A model generated the notes under the pieces. The model was not told the DNA's origin and searched no databases. It saw nothing but the letters and a program-made list of their open reading frames with translations. A DNA stretch of 64,000 nucleotides from Mobula hypostoma (taxonomy: Eukaryota): contig NC_086097.1 of the NCBI RefSeq assembly GCF_963921235.1, positions 128,838,001 through 128,902,000 of the forward strand. The letters run 5' to 3'. Both the position numbers and the translations under genes were made by a program. Position 1 is the stretch's first letter. The number at the start of each line of letters is the position of its first letter. Positions 22,470 to 36,300 of the stretch are shown one piece after another.

Positions 22470-25400
22470 AAAGAAGGTTCTGTGGAAAGAACGAAATTCC
22501 CTGATGGTAAGTTGCCTCCTGGTTGCCAGGGTCTGGGACATATTGGATCGAGTACTCAGCATTCTTGAGCAGGAGGGTGAACAGTCGGGGTCCATGTACG
22601 TAAGTACCAATGTCCTGGGTAGGAAGAGTGACCAGGTTCTCCAAAGGGAGTTCAGGGGTTAGGTGCTCAGTTAAATAGCAGGATCTCCAGGATTGTGATC
22701 CCAGGATTGATACCCATGCTGTCTGCTAATGAGACCAGAATAGGAAGATTATACAGTTCAACACATGACTAAGAAGTTGGTGTAGGAGGGGAGGCATAAG
22801 ATTTTGGATCATTGGGCTCTCTTCCAGGGAAGGTGGGACCTGTATAGAAGAGGTGTTTTGCATCTGAACAAGAAAGGGACTAATTACCAAACTTTTCCTC
22901 ACGAGAAGGTTTCCTAATACTGCATGGTGGGATTTAAACTAGAGTTGCAGGTGGATGGGAACCAGAATGCTAGAAAAGTTGGTGGAGAGATTGTGCAGAC
23001 AGATGTTGGTAAGACCTCAAAATTAGGAATCAAAAGGTTGAGCAGGATGCGTGTTGACTAGTGTCTGGAGCTGTGCATATTCAAACATCTAGTGAGGCAT
23101 TATGAGTGGAACAGAGAAACAAGAAATGGATGATCACGTGAATAGGGCATATTACAGACCACCCAACAGTCCAAGGGATTTAGAGGAACAAATTTGTAGA
23201 GAGATTGCAGTGTCACAAGAAACATAAGGTCATTATAGTAGATGATTTTAACTTCCCACATATTGACTGGGACTCCCATACTGTAAAAGGACTAGATGGA
23301 ATGGAGCTTTTCAGGTGTGTTCGGGAAAGTTTGTGTAAGGAAACACTTCGCATCTGGTGACCACAATGCCATTAGTTTCAAAGTAAATATGGAAAAAGAT
23401 AGGTCTGATCCAAGGGTTAGGTTATAAATCGGAGAAAGATCAATATTGGTGTTATCAGAAATGATCTGGGAATTGCGGATTGGGACAGGCTGTTTTGTGG
23501 TGAAGCTGTACTTGGTAAGTGGGAGGACTTTAAAAGTGAAATTTTGGGAATACAGAGCTTGTATGTGTCTGTCAGAATAAAAGGTAAAGATGACAAGTAT
23601 AAGGAACCTTGGTTTTCAGGGGATATCGAGGCCCTGGTTAAGAGAAAAAAGGAGAAGCATAGCAGGTAAAGGCAGGGAGGAACAAATGAGATACTTAAGG
23701 ACTATGAGAAATGCCAGAGAACATTTAAGAAAGAAATCAGGAGGGCTAAAAGAAGGCATGAAGTTGCTCTAGTAGACAAGATGAAGGAGAATACTATGGG
23801 ATTGTACAAATATGTTAAGAGCAAGAGGATTACAAGGGACAAAACTGGTCCTTTGGAAGCTCAGAATAGCAATCCATGTGTGGAGCCAAAACAGATGGAG
23901 GCGATCTTAAATATTTCTTTTGCATCTGTATTTACTCAGGAGATGGACACGGAGTCTATAGAAGTGAGGCAAAGCGGGATGAACTTCAGGAACCCTATAC
24001 AGATTACAGAGGAGAAGGTGTTTGTTGTCCTGAGGCAAATTAGGGTGGATAAACCTCCAGGGCCTGAGAAGATGTCCCCTCAGACCCTACAGGAGACAGA
24101 AATTGCACAGGCCCTAACAGAAATATTTAAAACATCCTTTGTGACAGGATAGGTACCAGAGGATTGGAGGATAGCCAATGTTGTTCCACTGTTTAAGAAA
24201 GGCTCTAAGCATAAACCAGGAAATTATAGGTCGGTGAGTCCGATATCAGTTGTGGGAAAGTTATTGGAAGGCATTCTAAGGGACCAGATATATAAGTATT
24301 TGGATAGACATGGACTGATTCAGGATAGTCAGTATGTCTTAATGCCTGGTAGGTCATGTCTAACCAATCTTATAGTGTATTTCCAGGAAGTTACCAGGAA
24401 AGTGGATGAAGGCCGGGCAGTGCCTGTTGTCTACATGGACCTTAGCAAGGCATCTGACAAGAACCTGCATGGGAGGTTGGTCAAGGAGGTTCAGTCGCTT
24501 GGCATTCAAGATGAGGTAGCAAATTGGATTAGACATTGGTTTTGTTGGAAAAGCCAGAGAGTAGTAGTAGATGGTTGCCTCTTTGACTGGAGTGGTGTGC
24601 CGCAGGGATCAGTGCTGGGTCCATTGTTGTTTGTCATCTATATCAACAACCTGGATATTAATGTGGTTAACGGGATCAGCAAATTTGTAGATGAAACCAA
24701 GATTGTGGATGGAGTGGACAGCAAGGAAGGCTATCATGGCTTGCAGAGGCATCCCGATCAGCTGGAAAAATGGGCTAAAAAATTGGCAGATGGAATTTAA
24801 TGCAGACAAGTGTGAGGTGTTGCATTTCGGTGGGACCAACCAGGATAGGCCTCGTACAGTGAATGGTAGGGCACTGAGGAGTGTGTAGAATAGAGCGATC
24901 TGGAAATAGTTCCGTAAATCATTGAAAGTGGCATCACAGGTAGACAGGATCATCAAGAAACCTTTCGGCACATTGGCCTTCATAAATCAAAGTACTGAGT
25001 ACAGAAGATGGGATGTTATGTTGAACTTGTATAAGACAGGGTGTTGGGCATGTGGCCAAGTGGTTAAGGCATTCATCTAGTTATCTCAAGGTCGCTAGTT
25101 CAAGCCTCAGCTGTGGCAGTATGTTTGTGCACTTGAGCAAGGCACTTAATCACACATTGCTCTAGTCTGTGTGAGGAGTGGCGCCCCACATAGACTTCCA
25201 ATCTGTGCCTTGTAAGGCATGAAAATGCCTGACCCAGGCCTCTCACGGTCTGAGTTGACGTTCCCTCCTCTGTATAAGACATTGGTGAGGACTAATTAGG
25301 AGTACTGTGTGCAGTTTTAGTCACCTATCTGCAGGAAAGATGCAAGTACAGTTGAAAAAGTACAGATAAAGAGTACAGAATGTAGAAATTTGAGAAGACA

Positions 25401-25770
25401 TTTGACAGAGTTTACAAAATTATGAGGGGTATAGGTAGGGTTCAAGCAGGCTTTTTCCACTGAGGATGAGTGGGACTACAACTAGAGGTCATGGGTTAAG
25501 GGTGAAAGGTGAAAAGTTTAAGGGGAACATGAGGTGAAACTTCTTCACTCAAGAGGGTCGTGAGAGTGTGGAATGGGCTACCAGCACAAGTTGTGCATGC
25601 AAACTTAATTTCAACAATTAAGTGAAGTTTGGACTGGTACATGGATAGTAGGGGCATGAACTGCTATGGGCTTGGTGCAGGTCAATGAGAATAGGCAGTT
25701 TAAATGGTTTCAGTGTGGAGTAGATGGGCTGAAGTGCCTGTGTCTGATTTATACTTTTCCATGACTCTAT
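22470..25770 (+). mobile_element. Long CR1 LINE with ORF1 esterase remnant and decayed ORF2 (EN-RT)
   Basis: ORF1-like segment 22500-22940 (SILEQEGEQ, TNVLGRKSDQVLQREFRGLGAQL); EN YYRPPNS and DFNFPHIDW; RT ORF 24234-24800 [27 protein letters not shown]; 3' tail near 25770. Confidence 0.92.
25039..25270 (+). mobile_element. tRNA-derived CORE-type SINE with 11-bp TSD
   Basis: A box TGGCCAAGTGG, B box GTTCAAGCC, MIR-core-like CTTGAGCAAGGCACTTAATC; TSD TGTATAAGACA at 25028-25038 and 25271-25281. Confidence 0.85.
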
Positions 25771-27124
25771 GTCTACCAGCTCAATTTTCTGCTTCAGTAA
25801 AGCAGCCAACAAAATCATAGACCCTATTCACCCTGAACATTCTCTTTTCTCCACCCTCCCATCAGCATAAAATAGAAAAGCCTGAAAACATGTACCACCA
25901 GGACAGTTTCTATCCCACTGTTGTAAGACGATTAAACCATTGTCCCATGTACAATAAAATGGACTCTGTGATCTTGTCAGGCCCTTGCACTATTATCTGC
26001 CTGCATGGCACTTTCTCTGTAACTGTAACTGCATACCGCATTCTCTTATTGCTTATTGTTATGGCAAATAAAACAAAAGCTCTTCAGTACACCTTAGTAC
26101 ATGTGACTATAATAAACCAATTTACCAATTTAACATTGGGCGCCACTACTTTAAACTTGTGATTAGAGAACAAGCAGAAGCAAATGGTAAGATTTTGTGT
26201 CAGATATGGTAAATTCAAAAAGTTCAACGTTTAAAGTAAATTTTATTATCAGAGGACATACATGTCATGACATAAAAACCTGAGATTTATCTTCCCATGG
26301 TCATGCTCAGTAAATCTATAGAATAGCAACTACAACAGGATCAATGGAAGATCAAGTAGAGCATAGAAGACAACATATTATGGTTGAACGGTAGTAACTG
26401 TTCTTGAACCTGGCGGTGCAAATCCTGAGGCTCTAGTACCTTCTACTTTATGGCAGCAGCAAGAAAAGAAATTCATAACCATCAGAGCTATATCATGTAC
26501 ACCAATTCAGAAGCTTGATTATATGTCCCTATAAGCAGTGTTTATTGATTATGGTAGTGAAGCATTTAAATTCCAGAACTCAGAGTGATTGAGAATATGA
26601 ATTCCATCTATTATGACAAGAAGAGAACCTCAATTAATTAGTAAAGTAAAAATCCAATGAAAAGCTAATATCAGCAATGGAGACCATGAAACTACTGGAT
26701 TGTCATAAAAAATGGATATACTTATTTGGATTATTTATGGCCCTGATCACATTCATGTGCTTGGCAGTTAACTGCCCTCATAACTGGACAAGCAAGTCAC
26801 TTCAAGCACAGCTGTAGCTTAGGCTGTTACCACACATACTGTTAATTAAATGATTATTACAGGTTGTTATTTACAAATGACATTGTAGATGAAGTTATCT
26901 GCTGAATAATTATTTTGTGTTCATTTGAAAATAATGGTCTCCCACAGAAATATTAAATTAGGGTTGGGACTCACTACAGTTAATGCAAGCAGAGTAACAT
27001 TTGTGCCAGCAAAGGTGGCAGCCCACCAGACTGTGAGGAGGAATTTTTCACTTGGATTGTGAACACTTGGAAGTTCACCACATGGAACTGTGGATACATC
27101 CAAGGCTGAAATCTAAAAGGAAAG

Positions 27125-27360
27125 AAACACAAAAGACTGCAGGTGCTGGAAGCTTCAGCAACAAATTATCTGCTGGAAGAACTCAGCAGGTTAAAGAACA
27201 TCTGTGAGGGGAAAGAATCCATGGGAGGAATGGTGCTGATGCAGGGTTTCGATCACAAGTATTGACAGTCCTGATACAGTATTTTGATCTGAAACAACTG
27301 ATGATTTGTTCCCTCCCAGAGATGCTGCTTGCCCATTGGGTTTTATCAACAGATTGTGAG
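27125..27360. mobile_element. Old palindromic Penelope-derived element
   Basis: CTGCAGGTGCTGGAA...CTGCTGGAAGAACTCAGCAGG arm, degenerate CTGAT...GAAAC cores, inverse arm GAGATGCTGCTTGCCCATTGGG. Confidence 0.5.
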
Positions 27361-28287
27361 ATCAAGAAAAAAAGAGTTGAATTCAAGGGAAACAAAGTGA
27401 AATGGAAACGAGCAGGAAAATGGACAAAGGAGAAGATCTGCCAAGGTGCTACAGAATGGTTCAGCAAGCTGAAGGGACAATAATCGCCTTTTCCTGTTTC
27501 TGTTTCTAAGCAACAAATATTCTATCAGTGGAATGCCATGGAAGCTACCATGCATGTGGACTTCTAGACATTCAGTGAAGCTCTTCATAAGATGCTGTTA
27601 ACTAAGATTAAAGAGCTAAAGAGAAATTATTGATATGGTTTGGAAATTAATTCAATAACAGCAATCAAAGAAATGACTTCGGGCTTCCAGTCATGATGCC
27701 TTAATGAACCTAAGGTCACCTGAGATGTCATTCAGGCTTCTTTGTTGAGCAAAGTTACACAACCAGCCTTTATACTGAAGGCATGCTTGCTCCTGTATTA
27801 CACTTGCAATTTATTCTGCCTAACTAGGTCTCTCTGCTGACATTGGGGATCTCTGTGCAGTTGACACTCTCCAGTTTACATCGTCCTGTGACATCAGCAG
27901 CTTTTATCTCTTGCAATAAAAGTCAGATAGTGTCATCCCACCAGGCATTAATGGATTGCAAAAAATTCCTGGTGACCAGGCATAAGTGCCTATTTACAAC
28001 AACAGTAAAGCATTGTTTGTTATCATAGCTTCCACTAGACTAGAACATGTTAATAAATCCCATGTCCTGTTGAAATACGATACTTAAGGAACAGTCATTT
28101 CTTCTTCTTCCAATGTCTGGGTCAATGAACACTCAAGAATTTGGGCTGATATTCCAGTTTATTCCCAGGAGGTGTGATCCTTTGTATCGGCTGCTAAGTG
28201 GAGCAGCTGCCTGCTCTTCACATTGTTACTAGAGACCCCAAATACTATTCTGCAGAGCAGTTGGAGAAGTTACCCATTGATTAACAT

Positions 28288-28645
28288 AGGTGTACAAGAT
28301 GATGAGAGGCATTGATTGTGTGGATAGTCAGAGGCTTTTTCCCAGGGCTGAAACAGCTAGCACGAGAGGGCATAGTTTTAAGGTGCTTGGAAGTAGGTAC
28401 AGAGGAGATGTCGGGGTAAGTTTTATATGCAGAGGGTGGTGAGTGCGTGGAATGGGCTGCCGGCGGCAGTGGTGGAGGCAGAAATGACAGGGTCTTTTAG
28501 GAGACTCCTGTATAGGTACATGGAGCTTAGAAAAATAGAGGGCTATGGGTAAGCCTAAGTAATTTCTAAGGTAAGGACATGTTCGGCACAGCTTTCTGGG
28601 CTGAAGGGCCTGTATTGTGCTGTAGGTTTTCTATGTTTCTATGTT
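28288..28645 (+). mobile_element. CR1 3' fragment (same family as 1976-2320)
   Basis: VYKMMRGIDCVDSQRLFPRAETASTRGHSFKV; (TTTCTATG)n tail. Confidence 0.9.
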
Positions 28646-29694
28646 CCATTACTACAAACAGTTCAAAGTTCAAAGTAAATTTTATTATCAAAGTACATAT
28701 ATCTCACCATACATAACCCTGAGATTCATTTTCCAGTGGATACACTCAGCAAATAGATAGCAATATGTAACAAGAACATGAGATAACAAGAGATCCTTAA
28801 GGTGAGATTATTGGATGTAGGAACATCTTAATGGATGGCCAAGTGAGTGTAGTTATCCCTTTTGTTCAAGAGCCTGATGGTTATTGTGTAGTAACTGTTC
28901 TTGAACTTGTTGATGTGAGTCCTGAGACTCTTGTACCTCACTACCTGATAGCAGCAGTGAGAAAAGATAATCAATCACTTTCATAGTGATATGTGTGGGA
29001 TCTTGCTGATGGCAGATTATCCATATTATAACAGTAACCACATTCCCTGCCTGTAAAATCTAATGCCATATCCTGAGGTCATGAAAGCCGCTCATCCATC
29101 TTTTTCCTCTACATGTCAATGAAAGGACTTATCTTTAGATAACACAAGGGTTAATTCCTTTCAAAACTGGGGTTGAAAACAGCAGATAAGTATACTATCC
29201 CTGAGGCAGATGAGGATTGGCCATAGTCATATAGCATAAATGCAAACTATTTGTCTCAACCCTGTCCATGCCAACCTTCTATGTTCCATCTACACTGAGT
29301 AGATTTCCCAATTTAATTCTTCAACTGGATAATTCCTAAATACTATGTTGTAACATTACCACTGCAGTCTTTCTGGGATAAATAATTCTGAAGATACATC
29401 TCATTTTGAGTTAACAAATTTTTCTTCGTTTTATTTTGAGACTGCGACTTCTGGTTCCGGACTCCTCAGCCAGAGGAAACATCCTACCTGCACCTAATGT
29501 GATAAGTACCCAAAGAATTTTCTATGTTTCAAAGATCCTTACATCTCTGTTGTAAGGAAATAGAATATGAAATGTTTCCAGTATGACATTTTGCATTTAT
29601 ACTGAAACAATTCACAATTAGGAAATAGAGAATTTGGATCATGGACTTTTCTAGGTATAGAATAGTCTATTTGCCACTTACATCAGTGCAACAT

Positions 29695-32450
29695 GAGATT
29701 CACAGATATGTGGACAGACTACAACTCAGCATTCAACAAAGTTATCTCTTCCAAAGTCATCATCAAGTTTCAAGACCTGGACCTCAGTACCTCACCCTAT
29801 AACTGGATATTTGACTCCCTTATTACTAGAAGTCTATCAGTGAGGACTGGTAATAACATCTCCTTACTGACCATCAACACAGGTACATGCCCAAGGCTGC
29901 ATGCTTAGCTTCCTGCTCTACTCTCCATATACTCATGATTGTCTGACTACTTTGCAGATAATACTGCTGCTGTTGGATGAATCACAGGTGGCAAAGAGCC
30001 AACATACGTACCTGAGCAAGATAAATCACCTGGTTGAGTGGTGCTACAAAAACAATCTCTCGCACAATGTCAGCAAAACTGCAGAGTTGATTTTTGACTT
30101 CCGGAAGGGGAAGCAGGGTAAACATGGACTAGGCTATGTTCAAAGTACAAACCTCAAAGTAAACTTATTATCAAAGTACGTACATGTCACCATATACTAC
30201 CCTGAGATTCATTTTCTTGCGGGCATTCACAGTAGATACGAAGAAACACAATAGAATCAATGAAAAACTACACACAAACACGAACAAGCAATCAATGTGC
30301 AAAAGAACACAGACTGTTCAAATACAAATAATAATAATAGTAATAAGTTAATAAGCAATAAATAATATTGAGAACATGAATTGTTAAGTTCTTGAAAGTG
30401 AATCCATAGGTTGTGAAACCAGTTCAGTGTTGGGGTGAGTGAAGTTGTCCACGCTGGTTCAGGAGCTTGATAGTTGAAGTGTAATAATTGTTCCTGAACC
30501 TGGTGGTGAGGGACATAAGGCTCCTCTACCTCCTTCCCAATGGCAGCAGCCAGAAGACAGCCTGACTTGGATAATGGGGGTCCTTGATGATGGATGCTGC
30601 ACTCCTTGTAGATGTGTTCAATGGTGGAGAGGGCTTTTCCTGTGATAAAGTAGACTGTATCCACTACCCTTTGTAGGCTTTTCTGTTCATGGGTATTGGT
30701 GTTTCCATACCAGCCCATGATCAACAAGTCAGGATACCGTCAACCATGCTTCCATAGAAGTTTGTCGAAGTTTTACATGATATGCTGAATCTGTGCAAAC
30801 TTCAAAGAAAGTAGAGGTGTTGCCGGGCCTTCTTTGTAATGGCACTTTCATGCTGCTCCCAGGACAGATGCTCTGAAATGATAACACCAAGGAATTTCAA
30901 GTTAAAGACCCACTTCAACTCCGATCCCCTGGTGAGGACTGGCTTGTGGTTCACTGGTTTCATCCTCCTGAAGTCAATAATTATTGATTTTGATTTTGCT
31001 GACGTTAACTGAGAGGTTGTAGTTGTGGCACTATTTAACCAGATTTTCAATCTCTCTCTCCCCTATATGCTGCATTATTTTCTATCTCAGAGGTGCAAAG
31101 AGGTTTAAATTCTTGGATATCAATGTATGGGATGACATGACCCTGACCCAGTGCATACTGTAAATATAATCATAAGGATAGTGTGCCAACGCCTTTACTT
31201 TCATAAAAGGTTAAGAAGGCTCAGCTTACCATCGAACATTCTAACAAACTTCTATAGATGTTCTGTTCAAAGCATGCTGACTGGCTGCATCGTGCTCTGA
31301 TGTGATAGTTCAAATGTGCAGGAATATAAAAAGCTGCAGAGAATAATGGATTCTGCCAAGCGGGTGCATCCCTCCCCACCACGGGTAGAATCTACAGAAC
31401 ACAGGTTTACTATCACCGATGGATGTCGTGAAATCTATTGTTTTGCCGCAGTAATGCAGTGCAATACCTAAAACAATTACTACAAGTTACAGAAAGAAAT
31501 ATAAGTAAATAGTACAAGAGGAGAGCAAAATAGTGGGGTTCATGGACCGTTCAGAAATCTGATGGCCGAGAGGAAGAAGCTAATCCTAAGATGTTGAATG
31601 TGCATCTTTGGGCTCCTGTACCTCCTTCCTGATGGTAGTAATGAGAAGAGGTCATGTCCAGAATGGTGAGTGTCCTTAAAAAGACAGATGCCACTTTCTT
31701 GAGTGACCATCTCTTGAAGATGTCCTCAATGGTGGAGAGGCTAGCGCCCATGATGAAGCTGGATGAGTTTACAACTTCAATCCTGTGCATCCATACCAGA
31801 CGGCGATGCAACAGGTCAGAAAGTACCCCACAGCACATTTGCAGAGATTTGCTCGAGTTTTTGGTAACGTATTAAATCTTCTCAATCTCCTCATGAAGTA
31901 TAGCCACAGGTGTGCCTTCTTTGTTGATTACTTCAATATGTTGGGCCCAGGATAGATTCTCTGAGGCTGATGCCCAGGAAATTGAAGCTGTTCACCCTTT
32001 CTACCGGTGGGCCACTGAGGACTGGTGTGTGTTCTCCAACTTCCCCTCAACCAACTGATCTATCTCACTCCTGTAGCCTTCTCAACACACAACAGTTATG
32101 TCATTGGCAAATTTCTAGACAGTGTTTGAGCAGTGCCTAGCCACACAGTCATCAGTGTAGACAGAGTAGAGCAGTAGCCTAAGCATGCATCCTTGAAGTG
32201 CACGCATCCAGCCTGCATTGACTGTCAGCAGGGAGATGTTATTTTCAACCTGCATTGGCTGTGGCCTCCCAATCAGGAAGTCAAGGATGCAGTTGCACAG
32301 GCAAGTACAGAGGCCCGGCCCAAGTTTTGAAGATCACAGGAGACACTGCCTCAAGAAGTCAACGTATATTATCAAAGATCCCCACCATCAGGACAGCCAT
32401 CTTTTCACAACTACTATTGAGCAGAGACAGAGATTTGAAGTCCCACAGCT
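29695..32450. mobile_element. Cluster of Rex1/Babar fragments in alternating orientation
   Basis: DYNSAFNKVI and ELIFDFRK (+, 29693-30130); KKARQHLYFL (-, 30802-31050); + fragment 31080-31400; - fragment 31540-32320. Confidence 0.8.
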
Positions 32451-34319
32451 GTTGAAAGTAAGTTTTTAATTTCTCCTCTGTATGCATGTATTTGTGCATA
32501 TGACAATAAGCTCAACTTTGACTTTGAATCACTAATTACTCAACTTCGGTACTTAGAATCTTTACACAGAAATGCTCTGCTCAGTGAGATAGTGAGGGGA
32601 CCAGAGGAAAACAGGCTCAGAGATGGCAGAAAGAGATAGAAAATGAGAGAATAAGGGAAAGAAGGAATGAGAGGGAGATTGAAAGTGTGTGTGTGTGTGT
32701 ATGCATTTGTGAGAGAAAGAGAAAAGCTGAAAGTGAAAAAGTTTCAGAGCAAGAAAGGAGAGAGATAATGAACAAACTGCCAAAAAGCTACACAGAGAAA
32801 ATGTGAAGGTCTGGGCAGGGGGACAGTATGTAGGACTGGCAGTGTTTCATTATTAGAGAAAGAAAGAGGAAGAGAGAGTGAAAGGAGGGAAAGCATGTCT
32901 ACAGCAAAAGCTAAATGGAGAAGGATTAATTGGTAGTGAGGGAGGGCTATCATGTTCCTGTGATCAAATGCTTGGACTCTCCCCTAGATACATTTGGGAA
33001 ATACTAACTCTCTTGGTCCTGGACACCCATATCGTCTGAACCACCAGCATGCCACACAGAGATCTTTTCTCAATTAGGGAGATAAAATCTGTCGCAATTT
33101 ATTATTTATCTTTAAACTTCCTTCCACAGTAATTATCCATTATTACTGGGGAGGGAACTTTTAGCATAACAAACAATGCCATGTCTCATAACTTTAATTA
33201 GAAATGAGTTTTTCACTGTACACTGCAGGACTTGAACTTAATTTTCAGTGCATTTGATGTTCCAATCACTGTTTTAAAGAAAATTCTAAAACTTATTTTT
33301 GCCCAACAGCAACAGGTAATCTATTATTCAGAGAAACGAGCTTTAGTTCATTTTACTAAAAGTACATTGCAAAATAACAAGAAAAGGCTTCAAACCAGTA
33401 TTGTTGACAAGAGTATCCCAAACCACTCTTATCTGAGGTGATTTCTTCCAAATAAAAGATTATTAACTACATGGAAAGAGTTCTCTTTTGTTTATAATTT
33501 TATTTTCAGCCGAAATTTAAAAACTTGTTTTGAAAACACTTCAAGAGAAAAGAAAAATTATCTAATTCCCCCTTCGCTGAGTCACAGACTTAAGTGTCCT
33601 GTTCTTCTTGGATCTACAGCTGTCCAGATTCCCCATCCACAGTTCCTTCAAGCAGAGCGATATGCAAATTTTCCAGATGCATAAGGCTGGATGAACTGAC
33701 CCTCTGTATGACTGGAGTAGGCTCAGAGATGTAAGAAAATTTTAAACCTGGATTCCCAGGCAGAATTAGTTTAAGGCCTTTAACAACTCTCTGAGGCCAT
33801 GGTACTTTTTCAAAGGTTTTTTTTAAGTAGTTCAATGAGTTGTATAAAAACTATTTAAATAGATTCAAATAATCTCCTAAAATAAGATTTAAAATATTTT
33901 ATAAGTTACAATCAGTTTAATGAGAACATAGCACAGTACAATACAGAAATAGGCCTTTGGCTTACGATGTCTATGCTGAATATGATGCCAAATTATGCCA
34001 AAGCTATGATGGCACGAGACAGTGACTTCTTCAAGCTCGACTGCAGAACCAGCTTAATTTCTACCTTTAATGTTTCTCTTTTTCATTTTCAAGGTGGATG
34101 GGGTTCTGTCGAATACTGTGACCTCTAGCTGCACTCAAACCTTAGTCTTTATGATGTTGGTTCTCACTCTTGGGGCTCACGGAACGGGCATTTTTCAATA
34201 TCCCAATGACCACCACACTTGTGGGGTACTGAGGCTTTGCAGCCCTTGGGACAAACCGATCCTAAACTGGTGCCACCAACTGAAGCATCACAGGAGAAAA
34301 CAGAATATTTGGAATAACA

Positions 34320-34534
34320 CAAACACGAGGAAATCTGCAGAGGCTGGAAATTCAAACAACACGCATAAAAATGCTGGTGAACACAGAAGACCGGGCAGCA
34401 TCTATAGGAAGAGGTACAGTCGACGTTTTGGGCCGAGACCGACGAAGGGTCTTGGCCCGAAACATCAACTGTACCTCTTCCTATGGATGCTGCCTGACCT
34501 GCTGTGTTCACCAGCATTTTTTATGTGTGTTGTT
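34320..34534. mobile_element. Palindromic Penelope-derived element with TSD
   Basis: Inverted arms around CCGACGAAGGGTCTTGGCCCGAAACATC; TSD TATTTGGAATAACA (34306-34319) / TATTGGGAATAACA (34535-34548). Confidence 0.85.
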
Positions 34535-34729
34535 TATTGGGAATAACAGATCAGCTGCCAGGGCCTCTGTACTCAGATCGCTCTCTCTCTTTCTCTTTCT
34601 CATTGTTGGGGGAGAGTTTGTTGTCCATTCTCGAGGCAGAGGTCTCAGAAAAAAAAGCGATGTGGCAGACTAACACCATAAATCAGCGAGTGTTTTTTTT
34701 TGTCGCCCTGCTCACTGAGTGACACCACT

Positions 34730-35050
34730 CTGTCCCTTTATTAGGGAGAGAGAGCATTGTCGGATGAATGATTAGTTTTTGTTGTACTGCAGATGATAGT
34801 CTCTCTCGGAGGGCTTTGCTTTTGCTTGCTTGGTGGGTGGAGGGCTGTTGTTTTTTGCTGTAGTAAGTGGGGAGGGAGAGGGCCAATGCTTTGCTGCTGT
34901 GTGTGTGTTGAAAGGGGCGGAGTTGGGGGGGTGCTTTGGGGTTCTAATGTCTCACTCATTCTTCGAAGCACTCTTCTGTTTTTGTGGATGACTGCGAAAA
35001 GCAAGAATTTCAGGTGGTATATTGTATACATTCTCTGATATTAAATGGAG
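34730..35050 (+). mobile_element. Non-autonomous LINE-tail-type repeat
   Basis: CCCTTTATTAGGGAGAGAGAG start shared with 58375-58570; tail AATTTCAGGTGGTATATTGTATACATTCTCTGATATTAAA shared in reverse with 140-210, 26230-26300 and 28670-28740. Confidence 0.5.
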
Positions 35051-35799
35051 TGCACACCCTCCATTCCCTGCATATTTATATGTCTATCTAAAAGCTTCTT
35101 GTGCCACTATAGTGCTACTGTTGTATCTCATTCCAACTCTACCCATTGCGGTCTGTTCAAACACCCGCCATTCTCTGTGTAAAAAACTTGTCCTACATAG
35201 CTCCCTTAAAATTTCCCCTCTCACCTCAAATGCACGTCCTCTGGTATTTTACATTTCTACCCTGGGAAAAAGATTCTGGTTGTCTATTTTATCTATGCCT
35301 CTCCTAATTCTATAAGCTTCTGTCAGATCTCCTCTCAGCCTCTGACACTCCAGAGAAAACAGCCCAAGTTTGTCCAGTCTCTCCATAGCCCCAATCCACT
35401 AAAAACACAGTTTAAAGTCAATTAAGAGTCAGGCACTTCCTGCTGCTTGTCAGCTGAAGATCAAGCTGAAACAGAACAGAATGCTTCCACATTTTTAAAT
35501 AGAAAACTCTCAAGTAACAGACATAGAATCCGAATGATCTGATGACAATAATGGTTTCAAACCATTATTCATTCCTTTGAATAATATTAAATGAATGGAG
35601 CCACCGTTCCTCTCCTCACTGTCCCTGTCCTAAGACTATGGCCCTGATGTGAAGTGGTATTAGAACCCCTCTCTTCAAGTCTACTTAAGTTTGTTGTCAT
35701 AGGGACCTTGTCATTGTTCACTTGCTCGGTTCAGTGTTGAGTCAATCGGTGAAATTGATACCCAGATGCATTGCTATCTGAGCTTCAGCTTCCTGCAAA

Positions 35800-36300
35800 G
35801 TTCCATCTTTCATAGTGAGTCCAAGGTGGGATGGTGCTTGTCCATCATGTCTGATGATGACAGGAACTTGTGCGGGAGAGTTTTTAAAGTGGGAAAGCCA
35901 CTGCCCTGGGGTAGTTCCACTCTCTCGACCTCAGAAGTCTGGGTCCAATGGTACGGACAAACATCACAAGCTGGGTTCTTCCTTGGTTGCAGTGGATAAC
36001 CATGACGTTTTCTGCCCCTTGTCATGCGCTTCACTCTCCACAGAGTGTTGCTGCCTTCCTGGACATTGGATCTCACTGTAGATCTCATCTGCCCAGTCCG
36101 CTGTAGCTGACTTTGCACGTTAGGACAGGCATGTCCCCATTTCCTCATGGTATGAGGCTGCAAACTACCCTCACCTGGTTTAGCTTGTCTGGGTACTGGG
36201 TGTCGCATGCAAACAGCTACTTGGAGCCACAGGTGAGAGCTGGCTGATCAGCGGGGCCCAAAGGTGAGGGAGCTGCCCCTTCACCAGAGATGCTACCTTT
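35800..36300 (-). mobile_element. Probable RTE 5'-UTR-derived retroposon fragment
   Basis: GC-richer block without a recognisable coding ORF, resembling RTE 5' leader sequence; assignment from recall only. Confidence 0.3.

Noticed and set aside
25039..25115. tRNA gene
   Set aside because: It is the degenerate tRNA-derived head of a SINE, followed by a core domain and flanked by a TSD.
32620..32950. GA/GT-rich tract as a functional element (also 53090-53215)
   Set aside because: Simple low-complexity or microsatellite sequence with no further structure.
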